DNA of 62,897 bases, counting the filler, from Choristocarpus tenellus KU-1152 (lineage: Eukaryota > Protista > Phaeophyceae), in the NCBI GenBank assembly GCA_964200185.2. It is 11 parts of 11 records of this genome, joined end to end, with 100 filler letters (N's around TTAATTAATTAA, not from the genome) between each part and the next. Parts side by side here need not be neighbours in the genome. Positions count along the whole stretch, not along the records: positions 31,631 to 42,693 come from CAXNAD020002531.1; positions 42,794 to 47,390 come from CAXNAD020013853.1; positions 47,491 to 50,460 come from CAXNAD020023271.1; positions 50,561 to 59,602 come from CAXNAD020004053.1; 7 more parts are not named here. One strand, 5' to 3'. The notes beneath the pieces were generated by a model. That model was not told the DNA's origin and did not search any database. It saw nothing but the letters and a program-made list of their open reading frames with translations. This document shows positions 41,717-54,100 of the stretch, one piece after another. Numbering within the stretch: the first letter of the stretch is position 1; every line of letters starts with the position of its first letter. The position numbers were made by a program, and so were the translations under genes.

Positions 41717-41973
41717 GAGTCAAATTATCTTAGAGGGTAGAGCTGCGTCCATCCGGGGATCAAAATCCAATGTTGTGATTTTGATTTATTTTGGCTATCG
41801 TGTTTTTTAGGAAGTGTCGATATCTTTATTCTGGACACACCTTTTAATATCATACACATTTTACCTACTCCGAAACATTTTGGGGTAGGAAAATGTTACA
41901 AAAATAACGTGGAAAGTCAAGCCACAAATGGATAAATATGGGAAAGCTCATACCCTCTAAGATACTTTCACCC
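41717..41973 (-). mobile_element. MITE family A nested in the mariner
   Basis: Both TIRs; 3-bp TSD ACC. Confidence 0.9.
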
Positions 41974-42217
41974 ACCTTGTAGAGGGGGTTTCAGGCATCT
42001 TCCATGTGTACGACACAAACACGCTGAAGAGGTGTAGCAGAGTCTGTTTAAGAGGTACAATTAGTTGTTAAGGGCGCTGGGGGGGAACGATTTCGAGGTA
42101 GAGCACACCAAGACCAAAAAAAGGCAGCAGGATGGCAGGTTGGCTAGATCAAAGTAGACCGAGGGGGCTCTGCAGTGGCCCTGGATTGGTGGGTTGACGG
42201 TGTCGATTACAGGCGAA

Positions 42218-42483
42218 GAGCCAAAGTATCTTAGAGGGTAGGGCCGCGTCTATTTGGGGGCCAAAATCCAATGTTGCAATTTTGATCTAATTTTGGCTAT
42301 CATATCTGTTAGGAAGTGTCAATATCCTTGTTCCGGACACAACTTTCCATAATGTATATATTTTATCTACTCCAAAACATTTTGGAGTAGGAAAGTGTCA
42401 TTAACAGAGATCATGGAAAGCCAAGCCCCAAATGGACAAACAGTGGAAAACTCGTACCCTCTCTTAATAAGATACTTTCACTC
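42218..42483 (-). mobile_element. MITE family A nested in the mariner
   Basis: Both TIRs; 4-bp TSD CGAA. Confidence 0.93.
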
Positions 42484-42623
42484 CGAAACATAATTTTTTT
42501 TATGTCAAAACACTCCAAGGAATCCAACGCAAAATCCGTTTTGTAATCGGAGTGTCATCCCAAAGAGCTACAACTTAACGGCCCAGACTTATGGGAGAGA
42601 GGGAGTATGATGCAATTTGGAAT

Positions 42624-42693
42624 GAGTGAAAGTATCTTAGAGGGTACGAGTTTTTCTCTGTTTGTCCATTTGGGGCTTGACTTCCCATGGCGT
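42624..42693 (+). mobile_element. MITE family A 5' end truncated by the gap
   Basis: GAGTGAAAGTATCTTAGAGGGTACGAG...GTCCATTTGGGG. Confidence 0.88.
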
Positions 42694-42847
42694 NNNNNNN
42701 NNNNNNNNNNNNNNNNNNNNNNNNNNNNNNNNNNNNNTTAATTAATTAANNNNNNNNNNNNNNNNNNNNNNNNNNNNNNNNNNNNNNNNNNNNGAAGAGG
42801 GCATTCGGGGTTCGGGGGTGTTTGGGGTTCGGCCCTTCCCCTTTCCG

Positions 42848-42883
<36 letters not shown>

Positions 42884-43190
42884 AGATACTTTGACCCACA
42901 TGAGCCCCTTTTCCTTGCTTTTTTAGTTATCCATGGATAGAGAGTGTGGCGATGTTTGCTGGAGATTACATGTTGCACTTGACATGTCACTTTTGCCGTG
43001 TCACATTGTGTGTTTGTAGTTGCATCTTGACATGTGATTTTACTGAGGGATATTCTAATTGTCTGCAATCAACCTTTGCTTACAGTCTGTCAAACGTTGA
43101 ACCTAGCGGACCTTACTGCAGCTCAAGTGCCTTCCCCACCCCCCACCGCTTTTCACGACCATCTGCTGTACTGTGTTGGGGACTTGCCAG

Positions 43191-46100
43191 GGTTCAATTG
43201 AGGCGAGTGGGTTGCAGGGATGTGACCCGTCTTCAAGAGGGCAAGGACACCTCCTTTGTGTTGCTGAATCGTAAGCACTCCTCGCTGGTGCCATATGTTG
43301 CCGCCTCCGTCTCAACCCCATCTGGTGAGACCACAGTAGGTGTAACAATGTTAAGGGGTGGTAGCGGGTCATAGTAGGTACAATCGGAAGCACTTGGAAT
43401 ATTGGAGTAGGGGGTAGATCACATTCAGTCAACAAACAGGTTGCCTTCAACTCTGTAATTTATTTTTTTGTGTGCTCTTTTTCTGTAACTGTGTTGTGTT
43501 ATGTTACTCGATAGTGGGTGCAAAAGTGGCGGATACAGAGAATGTGGAGGCCTCATCATCATCGGCACAGGCAATGGCAAGTGGGGAAAGTGATGTCGGC
43601 CATCAAGCATCACCTGAGGTGGAGGGGAAGCATTTACTTGACTTAGGAGGGGGGTCTCTGGGTGCTGATGAAAGCCCTTGTCCCAGTGAAGGACATATCT
43701 TGGAACGTTTTTCTCGTCTGGTCATGGCCCGGCCAAGGTGAGATAGTAGTGTTTGTTGGCCTTGAGTTTGGGGGACGGAGAAGTAGGACCTGTCGAGGTC
43801 TTGGTCTGGTTTTATTGGTTTGTTGTGTTCTTTGTAGTGATCAAGTGTTGAGCTATGAAGGGTATGGGGTTGTTACTTCTGGTTGAATAACTCTGAACAG
43901 GATATTGATCATGTGGAAACCAAAGAGTCTATATTTGAAGAAAATGTCTTTTGCGGTGTTGGTATCAATGTATCCTTGCTTTGCTTTGTTTCAAAGGCAT
44001 CTTGTTATAAGACAAGTGCAGTACATACACTGCACTTTGAATGTAGTGTTTGACTGATCAGAACTGTTCATGTTCACAAGACTTGACCTCTACAAGCATT
44101 AGTCTCTTCAGTGCTCACTGAACTGATATTTGGTTTGGGACTGCTATGTTGATGGACCAGTCCATAGTGGTATCAACTGTTGGTTTCATTACCCTGTCTT
44201 CATTGTTGCAACTAACAGAGAACAAGTGGCACAAGTGTGCCACCTCTATTTATTGGGACAAAAATCCCCATTGACAGACCACATTTTGTAGGGGGCCCTT
44301 TGTGACTCATAATGGTGCTGGTTCCTTTCCAAGACTTAGGTGCCTCACCTCCTACCTTTTGTCTGAAATCTGCCTTGTATGTTGGTGTTAAGGTCTGAAC
44401 TCTACCTTCAGGACTGCTGCCATTCCCAAGAAAAACCCTTCAAATTTTCATCTAATTCGAGAACCATCTCCTGCCATGCCATAGCTTACTCTACACCCCA
44501 ACAAACTTTACAGCAATAGTTCATGTTTAGTCAGTCGCTAACATCGACCATTGTCCTTCCTTTCTTGATAGCCTCCCCATCCCCTCCCTCTGATGCCCCA
44601 AAACAGTAAACTTATTGCTCGGGCAGAGGCAGAGCGTGCTGAACTGCAGCACTTTCGAGAGAAGTGCCTTCAGGGTGGAGATACAGAGTGGTTACCCTTT
44701 GTGTCTCAGGCTCAATTGCTTGTGACAGATCAACTGGCTCTTCTGCAGGAAGAAGAAAGGTGAGACCACAGCTGATAACCCTTAGCAATGACAAATGACA
44801 CCATCCACAACCCAAACCTCTGTGCACCTCACGTAAGGTTTGTTGATGTTGTGTTGACATAGCGTGCAGTACACATGTGCCGAGATGGATTTAGCGTGTG
44901 CTCAAGGTACAATCCTGTACCCAAATGGGTACAGGATTGCTGTTTGAGAAGTGGCGACCAATCTTTAGTAGAGAATATGGTGGTGTTATAGTATGACAAG
45001 CCGCCAACGGAGGCGTATCAAGATCGAGGGTCAATATCAAGGTGAAGATGATATGAAGAACAAATTGGGGGTATATATCAATGGAATGGCTGGTGCATCA
45101 CTTTGACTCAATTGTACATGCATTTACCTCTCTATCTCTAACACAGTTCAACAGTCACCTATTATTGACTACCTAATTTACCGAGTTTTTCTGTTCTAAA
45201 GTGAATCCCGCTCGATTTTTCCACCCTCAGGGCAGAAAGGCGTGCCAAGCCATCCTCTCACAACGTAGGATATACACCAGAACACAGCCACAAGCAAGGA
45301 ATGCCTCGGGATGAGGCAGAGCACCATGCATCTGGCGACAGTAGTATTGACAGTGGCAGGAAGGTCCAGCAGCCTGCAGTCAATAAGAACACTACTCGGG
45401 GGGGGGCAACTTCGAGTAGATCATTACTGAGCAGTTTGGGTCAGACACCACAATCCCCTCTGAATTCAAAGTCTGTTCAGCATGAGGGCACAGCATCCCC
45501 AACTCCATTGCCCAAGGAACAGGTTGGAGGGTCTGAAGGAGGTGGTGATGGCAAGGAGGGGACAGGGAAGGGAGGGGGAGGAGAGGGGCAGGCGAACACC
45601 CCCTTCCGATTTTATCAGTCTTTTGATGGGCAGAAGGCGTTCTTGCATCCGTTGAACATGCGCTGCCTACTGGAAGAATGTGGAAGTTCGGAAACCTTGC
45701 CCGAATATTTGACAGCACCTGTAAGAGCAGGAAATACTACTGGGAAGGGCTTGGAGTGTTGGTTACAATTTTGGGTGACCTCTGGAGTTTTTTGTTATTG
45801 TATTGTGTTGATGCGTTTCTGTCTTTTGCTGTTTGCTGTTGACCATCCTCTGAAGTCTTCGGTTCTATCACTTCTATCCAGCCATATGAATATTCGTTGC
45901 CATGCTTTAGACCACCACTAGGTTGCAGTTTGTGTGTGCCCTTTGTGTGTGCCCTTTGTGTTCATCCATGTGTAGAACCTGCTGCAAGGTTTTTACTATA
46001 TTGCTCACCTCCCTTAACCCTAACCCTAACCCTATGTCTTTGTTGACCACTATGACCTCTTTACTTTGTGGGCATTTGTTGTCACTACCTCCAATTCATC

Positions 46101-47390
46101 TCCTGGAGTGAAATTACCTCTAACTTCAACCATAGACACATTCAAAGCGCCCAAGCCTTGAATTGGAGGCTTGAGTGTGCTAGTCACTCTGTGCTGACCA
46201 TTGTTTTGGATCATGGTTGGGTAAGTTACCTTTGAGTTTCACCAACGTTTGTCACCACTTTGTGAACCTGGTCTATTCATTGCAGGTTGTGGAGGTGGAG
46301 ACGGTGAAGCTGACATATGAAATGCGTAAAAGGCTTCCCTTCCTCGGCCACCTGCCTGAACACTGTGATATTAGCTTTGTCGAGCTGGAGATGGACAGTT
46401 TTATTTCACAAAAGACTAGGACTAAGTTTGCGGAAGGTACAGCAGTACCAACTATAGTACTGAGTACCTTACAACAACCACGATAGGCTAGCTCTATTGC
46501 ATTGTGCATTGGCAGCATTGATGTGCGTACACATGCAATGCATTATAGGTGGATGTAGTTGGGAAGGTGAAGTATTGTACAAGCTCTGCATTGTGTATGA
46601 GGCAGAAGGTAGACATGTCGTGATCTTTATGAATCGTCTCCCTGAGAAAACCTTGCTCTCTTTTAACGTCTCAGAAATTTGTAAGCGCCAGCGAAACCGC
46701 CGAAGGAGGCGGGCACAAGAAAACAGTGTAGCGGCTGCAGAGGCCAAGGCAGAGGCAAAGCGGAGGGCCAAGATTGCTGCGATGATTACTGCAACTGTTG
46801 ACCTTGAGGTGACTTGTGCTGAGACCATTATTATTTTTTAGCAATAGTGGATGCTGGTGGTTACAATATATCTCCATATTGTTTGCCCAGCAATAACTAT
46901 TCTTAACTCCCGATTGCCCTTAATCCTATTGCCTATTTGTTTCCTGTCTATCTGTACTTCCCCTTCTTGTCCCCACTTATTGTTTGGCATTTTTCCCCTG
47001 GTTGTGTCACACGAATCCCCAACAGGGTCCACTTCCAGGTGCACTTGCATCATCAAAGTCCTCTACTAGTAGGTCCGCTCCCCAAATGGTGGACCCATTG
47101 CCACATGAGGCTCTGCAGCAGGGGGACAGCAATGCTCGCCTGTCTGATGAATACGCCAATAGTGAGCGTGTTGGGGATGATGTGGGGAGTCATCGGGACG
47201 TTGAACCACAAGATTCAAGACCAAGAAACAAAGATAGAGAGGGTAGCAGGAGGTACCAGTCCCTAGGAGGGGCGGTTGGTGGGGAAGCCAGTATGACTGG
47301 AGGTGAAGGGGAGGGAGGTTGGTCCTTTGCAAGGGTCACAGCCATGAATGGGCACTTTCCGACCCTGGGTAGGGGGGCTGGAGCTAGTGG
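43191..47390 (+). CDS. RNF10: RING finger protein 10 / Mag2-family E3 ligase (partial; RING exons and C-terminus lie outside the contig)
   Basis: Phase-consistent exons 43191-43324, 43515-43737, 44607-44759, 45231-45720, 46286-46436, 46675-46808 and 47026-gap. Signature FYQSFDGQKAFLHPLNMRCLLEE...|VVEVE...RKRLPFLGHLPEHCDISFVELEM, and WSFA. Confidence 0.9.
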
Positions 47391-48868
47391 NNNNNNNNNN
47401 NNNNNNNNNNNNNNNNNNNNNNNNNNNNNNNNNNTTAATTAATTAANNNNNNNNNNNNNNNNNNNNNNNNNNNNNNNNNNNNNNNNNNNNCTCACAAACC
47501 ACCCACCCCCTCAAGATACTTTGACCCTATTTACTTCCCAAATCCTTTCAGACTCAGGGGTGGCGTGACAGCACACTTGTCATATTGTATATGCGATATC
47601 CATTATTTGTTTGACTCTAGTATCTTGGAATTCTGAGCACATGGAAAGTCTTCCTGCAGCTCTATGAACCCTCTGTGTGGTCTATGGCATACAAAATTGT
47701 TCTATGTACTTCATTGTCGTAAAATGTCCGAGAAATTATGTTCAATTAAAAACAAAGACAACCTAAAGAGTTTTGTACTGAGTGGTGGATATATGATGGG
47801 CGCCTTGAAACCTACCCTCACCCACTCTTGTCCTTCTTTGACAGGACATTTTATGCAGACCCTTATCTCTGCAAAGACCCTCATCCACAAGGCTGCACGG
47901 TTGGTGTGTGTCCAATGATGCGTGGACATCCTGATCAGTCTCGTGGAGGAACACAACTTAAACGATATGACAAATATAACTTGGCTGTGTATAAAGGTTG
48001 TGAAAAAATGGATTTCATTTCTATCGTAAGTCTGCTCTCCAGTTTAGAGTTCATGCCAACAGTGCTGTACCTCAACCATAACCCTGTGTCCCTATATATT
48101 TTCCCAAAGTAGAGATAGCTCAGCATACCTGTTAGCTGTATGGAGAATCCGTCCCTATCCTGTAACCAACCATTTATCTCTTTTCTTTTTGAACATAGCA
48201 CCGTTGCAGGATATCTGGGCTCGTGACTAACATTAATCATCTGTGTGCATCTTAACGTAATTCATGAGAATACAGACTTCACATCATAAACCAAGTATGA
48301 AGTGGTACATACCGTATCAAATCATACGTAAATTGATCTCTGCCCCTGTTCTGCATCGATCTAATATGTCCTACACGAATGTCGTGTGTTTGCATTACCA
48401 CAGTATGATACTGATGGAACACAGTGTATGAACACGCTGATCCTTAAACAGGATCCGTAGATCTTTTGTACTATCTTTACCATTTTTTCCTTTTTCTTCT
48501 CCTTCTCCCCCTTTTCTCCCTCACCCTCATCGTTGATGACCATGTCTCTTCTGGCTCGCTCCATCTCTTCTTGCACTCTTCTTGTGACCATTTTGTCCCT
48601 CTGGTCCTCCTCCTCCCTCCTCCTTTTTCTTCTTCCACTCCCCCACCTCTCCCTTTCTCCTTCTCACCCCTTCTCTTGTCCGTTCTTCCCATAAAACCAT
48701 CTCACATCGAAGTACGTTTCTTGGACTCCTTATCTCCTTGTTCTGCCATGAAATATTGCTCGGAGATTGCCTTGTTCTAGCCCTGCTTGTCCTGTCCCAT
48801 CAACCTCGAGTCTTCCTTATGTCTTGATCCATCCCTTCCTTCCTTGTACTTCCACTTATCACCTATTT

Positions 48869-49130
48869 GAGTGAAAGTATCTTAGAGGGTGCGAGTTTTG
48901 CCCTGTTTGTACATTTGGGGCTTGGCTTCCCATATATTTTTTTAAATGACATTTTACCTACTCCAAATTGTATAGGAGTAGGTAAAATGTGTACATTATG
49001 AAAAGGTGTGTCCGAAACATAGATATTGACACTTCCTAACAAACACGATAGCCAAAATTATATCAAAATCGCAACATTGGATTTTGACCTCCAAATGGAC
49101 GCAGCTCTACCCTCTAAGATACTTTGACTC
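48869..49130 (+). mobile_element. MITE family A copy
   Basis: Both TIRs; flanks ATTT/ATAT (1 mismatch). Confidence 0.92.
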
Positions 49131-49858
49131 ATATGTTCTACCTGTTCCTGTAACCATTTTTTGGTAAACGACAGACATTAATATGGGGAAAAAAACGATA
49201 ACTTAGAGATTTAGGTTAGTTTGTCGGTTGGCAGGCTTATGCAAAATAGAGGGCGATGGTTGCAAGTGTGCACGGATGGTGTGTGGTCGATTGAGAAGTG
49301 CGTATGTGCGATTAGCATGTCGCGCGTGGTGTCAACGTGAAGGGAAGGCACGGATGTGACACAATTTGTAACGATTTCTATGGCGTGTTTAGTGCATTTG
49401 GTGGACAAGGTGCGTACGGGTTAGGGTTATCCCAGTGCCAAACAGAGGCCGTTTATTGTGAGTGGGGGAGGGCATGCATGTAGTATATGTGCTACCTATT
49501 CTTGTGGGGTTAGGGTTAGGTACATGGCAGACGTTGATACCGGAAAGAAAATGATAACTTCGAGTTTTGTGCGAGTTTGCCGGTTGGCAGACATATGCAA
49601 AATAGGCGGCGATGGTTGTAAGTGTGCGCAGACTATCTGTGCAGTCAATTTTGAGAAGTGCGTATGTGTGATTCTGATGCTGCGCGTCATGTTGACATGA
49701 AGGGAGTCACGGATGTGACACAATTTTGAACGGTATATGTTGCGTGTTTGGTGTATAGGTGAGCAAGGGGCGTACAGGTTGGGGTTATTGCCAGTGGCAA
49801 ACAGAGGCCGATCTTTTGTGAGTGTGTGGGGGATTGTCATGTGGACAGTGCCTACCTT
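49131..49858 (-). repeat. Diverged tandem duplication of a unit of about 357 bp downstream of the transposase relic
   Basis: 49140-49497 aligns with 49497-49857 (shared GAGAAGTGCGTATGTG, CACGGATGTGACACAATTT, CAAACAGAGGCCG). Confidence 0.88.
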
Positions 49859-50460
49859 TGTTACGATTGTCTGTCCGGGAGGAACTTTATGGCCTTTGCG
49901 GTAGCGCCACTCTTCCTCTGGTGTCAGATCCCTCAAGGTGTATTGAGTTTTGGTTGCCTTGATTGTCTCCACTACAGATGAGGTTCCTGGCATGTGCACC
50001 CCGTCTAGTTCCAGTCTCCTGGCAGCAGACTTCACCACAGCCCTGACTCCATCAGACAACGACTTGCCGTGACAGGAGGCAAAGAAATTGTGTACTACGG
50101 AAATTCCCATCCGCGATAAAGACTGAGAAACCCACCGCATATGCGCCACCTGTTCTTGAACTGGCTCCCGCAGCCATCAGATCAGATGTGGAGGACCTCC
50201 AGGGTCTGTCCGTATTCACTGGCTAGAGGTATTAGGTGGTCTCTTTCACAAACATCTCCACGGCATTCTGGACGAACTCGTTGTCTTGGCTTCAGTCTTC
50301 ACTGCACACTGTCATGCTGTGAGCCCAAACCCTTCCCAAGATTTCCCTCTTCTCTGAGATCCTTCAACCACCAGACAATGGTCAGAAGCGCCGTAAGGAA
50401 TAGATTGAAGAACTCTTGTTGTGTCAAGTCTTGGTGGTTGCGTTGCAAGTGTGGGTGCTG
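49857..50460 (-). mobile_element. Sola2-type DDE transposase relic
   Basis: HI*SDGCGSQFKNRW (TGA at 50182-50184), then a frameshift, then VHNFFASCHGKSLSDG..AVVKS.ARR. This matches the SDGxxxQ(F/Y)KN...FFxxxHGKxxxDG signature I associate with Sola2. Confidence 0.75.
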
Positions 50461-51128
50461 NNNNNNNNNNNNNNNNNNNNNNNNNNNNNNNNNNNNNNNN
50501 NNNNTTAATTAATTAANNNNNNNNNNNNNNNNNNNNNNNNNNNNNNNNNNNNNNNNNNNNATACCAAGCCACCCATACTACTTGTCGTATTATTTGTTGT
50601 ACCCATCGTCTTGATCTTGTCATCTTCACCTCCTCCAGATACTTTGACCCTTAATGTGTCCTACTATGCTTCAGGGAGCACAGATTTGTCGCCAGTATAT
50701 ACAAAATGTTAATCCTTGTGGTTTGTGTAGAAAGTTTCAGTTGATCTTGACTATCCAATTCTTTCTCTATGATCTAGAGGAACGCATTTTCTTCTTTTTT
50801 TAATTCTAGTTCCCAGCTGGTGGATTGGGAGTCAGTAGGGATGCGCAAGCAGAGGGGAGAGTGAAGACCATAGGCCAGGAGTGGACAGAGAGAGAAGTTT
50901 GGAAGGGCAGGGGAGCGGGAAGAACCATTCGCGGCACAGAATCAACGGTACATGAGAGCTTGGGGGGGGGAGGGGAAGAGGAAGGGGGTACGAGAAGAGA
51001 AGAGTTATGGGCTGACAAAAGAGAATGAGAGAGTTAGATCCCACAGAGAAAATAGGTACCACTGTAGGGTTAGAGCTAGGGTTAGGGTGGGGTGCAAAAG
51101 GAGAGAGGGGACAGAAGAACGGGAGCAC

Positions 51129-54100
51129 CTTTATCACAGACAGGTCGTCCAGAAGCACTCGATAAATGGACCCCTCTGTAGTCCCTGCCAGCAGCTCTGT
51201 ATTGTCCGCGCGGACACTCAGCGAAACTACTCCACCATCTAGTCGTGCTTCAAGCTCCAGCTGCCACACCATGTCAGACCCAGAGACCTTTTTGACATCA
51301 ACCAGGGCGATTGATAGGGCAAGGGTGGCAAAAGTGGTATCTGTGGAATGCACTCCAAATGAAGAATTAATGGAAGATGCGTTGGGAAAAGCCTGAGTGA
51401 GTAAACTTAGGGAGTGAGAGAGGGTGCGGATTTATTTAGATTTGTCACTGAGGTTGAGGCACTCAAGAATATGTAGTGTCCCTTCAGTTACATGGAGTTC
51501 CTGGTCCCATTACCGGCATGTTCCTGAGCATTGAGTGCCTTTTTTTGGTCCTTGTAAACCTATCCACATCAATCTCTCCACCTCCTTTCCCGCATGGTCT
51601 ACTGATATTAACAAAGTGCAAGCCAATTGAACAGTGTTTTCACTCCAAAGTGGAGAATTTTTCGCAGCAACTTGCACAATACAGGATGGGGATAAGATTC
51701 CTTTGATTTCTTCAAGAGTTCATCGCAACCCCACACCACAGTCATTTTGCGTCACAGTCGTGTAGTAGGGAGAGCTCTTTAGGTCTGTCCTTGAGAAAAC
51801 AGCTCCTTGTACACATTGTTCTAAGAAAATAGTGCACGGATGCCAAGAGAGTACTGGCCTCACTCAGACGTCACAACTTGTCGCAATGCATTGTGTACAG
51901 CCAAATACCTGCTCTACGGTGGAACCTACTTTAGGTCAAACTGTCGAAAAACTCCAATAGTGAGTACTTGCGACTTAGAAAGCAAGTCTTGGCTTCACGG
52001 TTGTAGGTGCTTGATGGAGCTCACAGTCATCATCTTCACCCCCCACCTCACAGTGACCATGATCATCATTTTTCTAGCGATTGCCTTCTCAGTGTGAAGC
52101 CTTACCACTCGAGAAGACATGAGCTGTGTTCTATAGCAGAATCGACAGGTCATCTCCTGGATTGTCTGATTCTTCCACAACCTGAAGCAATTCCCCGGTC
52201 GTCATTTACTCAGCAGTAGGCCGTTGTGCTAAAGACAATTTTTCTAGTATGAGGAAATACACATTAGGGTTGTTGTTTTACCAGCTAGAAGCATCTGGTG
52301 CATCTGAGTAGACATTTGGCGGGGGAGGGTGGCAAGCAGTGACTTCTTGGCACTACAATATTGGGTTGATAGACTGCATTTGGCTAGTCAGCGATTAAAA
52401 AATACTTTTATGACATGTGCCAGAAATTTCCCTCTTTCAGTCTTTGTTATCACACTCGGATGCCCATCACCTTTCGGATATACCCGTCTCCTGATCCACA
52501 GTACACAGACCCGGTGGAGGGATCAATGCAGATGGACAGGAGTCCACCAGAGCACATTGGTATGCTTGCACGGAACACATTAGGTCCCACGCTGAGTATA
52601 GGGGGATAGGGTAGAGGAGAGGGAAGATATCAGGATATGTGGAGTTAACAAACATTTCATAGATGCATGTAAGGACCCTGACACAGATAGATATGGGACA
52701 AAACGATATCCAAATACAACTCTCCACGCCTGCAACATTGTGCAGGTGTATCACAAGTCTCCATCTTACCGTCCAGGAGTAATGGCTCATAGTATCTGGG
52801 GGAGGTGGCGGCTGTCCATTTGGGGTCAATTTTTTCATGTCGCAATCTTTGGGTGATTTGGTTGCAAACGTCGGATGGATGATGTAAATGCACTTCTCCT
52901 GATTTTGTCCCAAATGGACACCCTGGTGTAGACCCCCCCACCCCCCAGATACTTTGGGTCAATCCCTTGGGCAGTGTTCCCTCCCTCTCCCTCCAACAGG
53001 CACACACATGTAGGGCATAATCCTATTTCCCCTTGCAAACAAAAGTTTTTTTCCAATTTTCTCCCTTCCTGTGTGGGACATGTCATGACTCATCTAATTT
53101 CATTACTCCTATCAAAACCTTGTCAGTGAAGGTTGCGCTGGATCTTTCCTGACATCAGGGCAGCAGGCTAGGGCTACAAAAAAGATATGGTATCCATGAG
53201 GCAATGACACACTGCAAAACATTAAGGTCCCCTGAAGATATATTGGTGATGTAGTCATAGTTGCATCACCTGTACACAACCATGTCTCCAACATCTGTGC
53301 CACAAACCAGGAATCCCTGCTGTGGAATCAAAGCCGTGCAGTGATATTGGCGGTTCAGACCAGTGCTTGGAGTCGCCATTGTGTCACCTAAGGGGATGGA
53401 AAAGCCAGCAAATGTAAGTATCATGGGAAGAGGAGGAGGTTGCTGCCGGTCGGAGTCAAGCTACTGCATTTGGAGTTAGACGGTTCATGGTTACCTTGTT
53501 ATCAACAACTTTGTGACTTCCAACATAACCTTCAGCACAAGCCTCTCAAGAACCACGTTTTCCTTCACATTAAGGTTCATGACCCAGGGCAACTTGCAAA
53601 GGAAATGCATCTGGTGGGCCTAATAGGCCATTCTTCATTGCACTTAGCACTATTGTTGTCAATTGTGCGCCGAGGAATCTCTGCAGTAAGAGAAAAATAT
53701 GGGAAAATATCCCCGTCTGCAGAAGCCAATTGTTTGTCACTTTTTGCTGTTGCCAAAGGTGGGTGGTCCAAGGCTAGAGAGGGTTTGCCATACAGTTGAC
53801 TCACACGAAACTGTAAGCGGGGAACTTCTTGTACCAATAATACTATAAATGATTTAATTAACTGTTGAAACAAAAATTCATTGAGGATGGATTGCTGCCA
53901 ACTCAATGCAATGCCCTATGGTACAAATAATGCATCCGGTTTGATGCTACAAACCTACCCATTGCCACACATGGAACCTTGTAAAATCCTTATTGCCGTG
54001 CTATGAAGGAGCTTCCACCAAGAGTACCCGGAGGATTGTTCATGAGCAACTCAACACATATTCTTGATCAAGGTAGCAGTGCAGTGATTTTCTTATCCCA

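Larger units (their letters stand above)
40369..42605 (+). mobile_element. Full-length decayed DD39D (plant-type) mariner with two nested MITEs
   Basis: TIRs of about 100 bp starting CTCCCTCTGTCCCA; TA on the right flank (TG on the left). Transposase motifs VHINELWLYL, KSHIPKVMFISAV..P..FDGKIGIW, IQQDG.TP and QPAQSLDLN at 41100-41650, frameshifted. Confidence 0.9.

Noticed and set aside
48361-48780. Lys/Glu/Arg-rich ORFs
   Set aside because: Polypyrimidine low-complexity tract with no domain or splice support.
53440-54100. Intronic ORFs of 109-119 aa inside the WD40 gene
   Set aside because: Only faint LINE-like hints (PIA..G); probably decayed TE rather than a nested gene.
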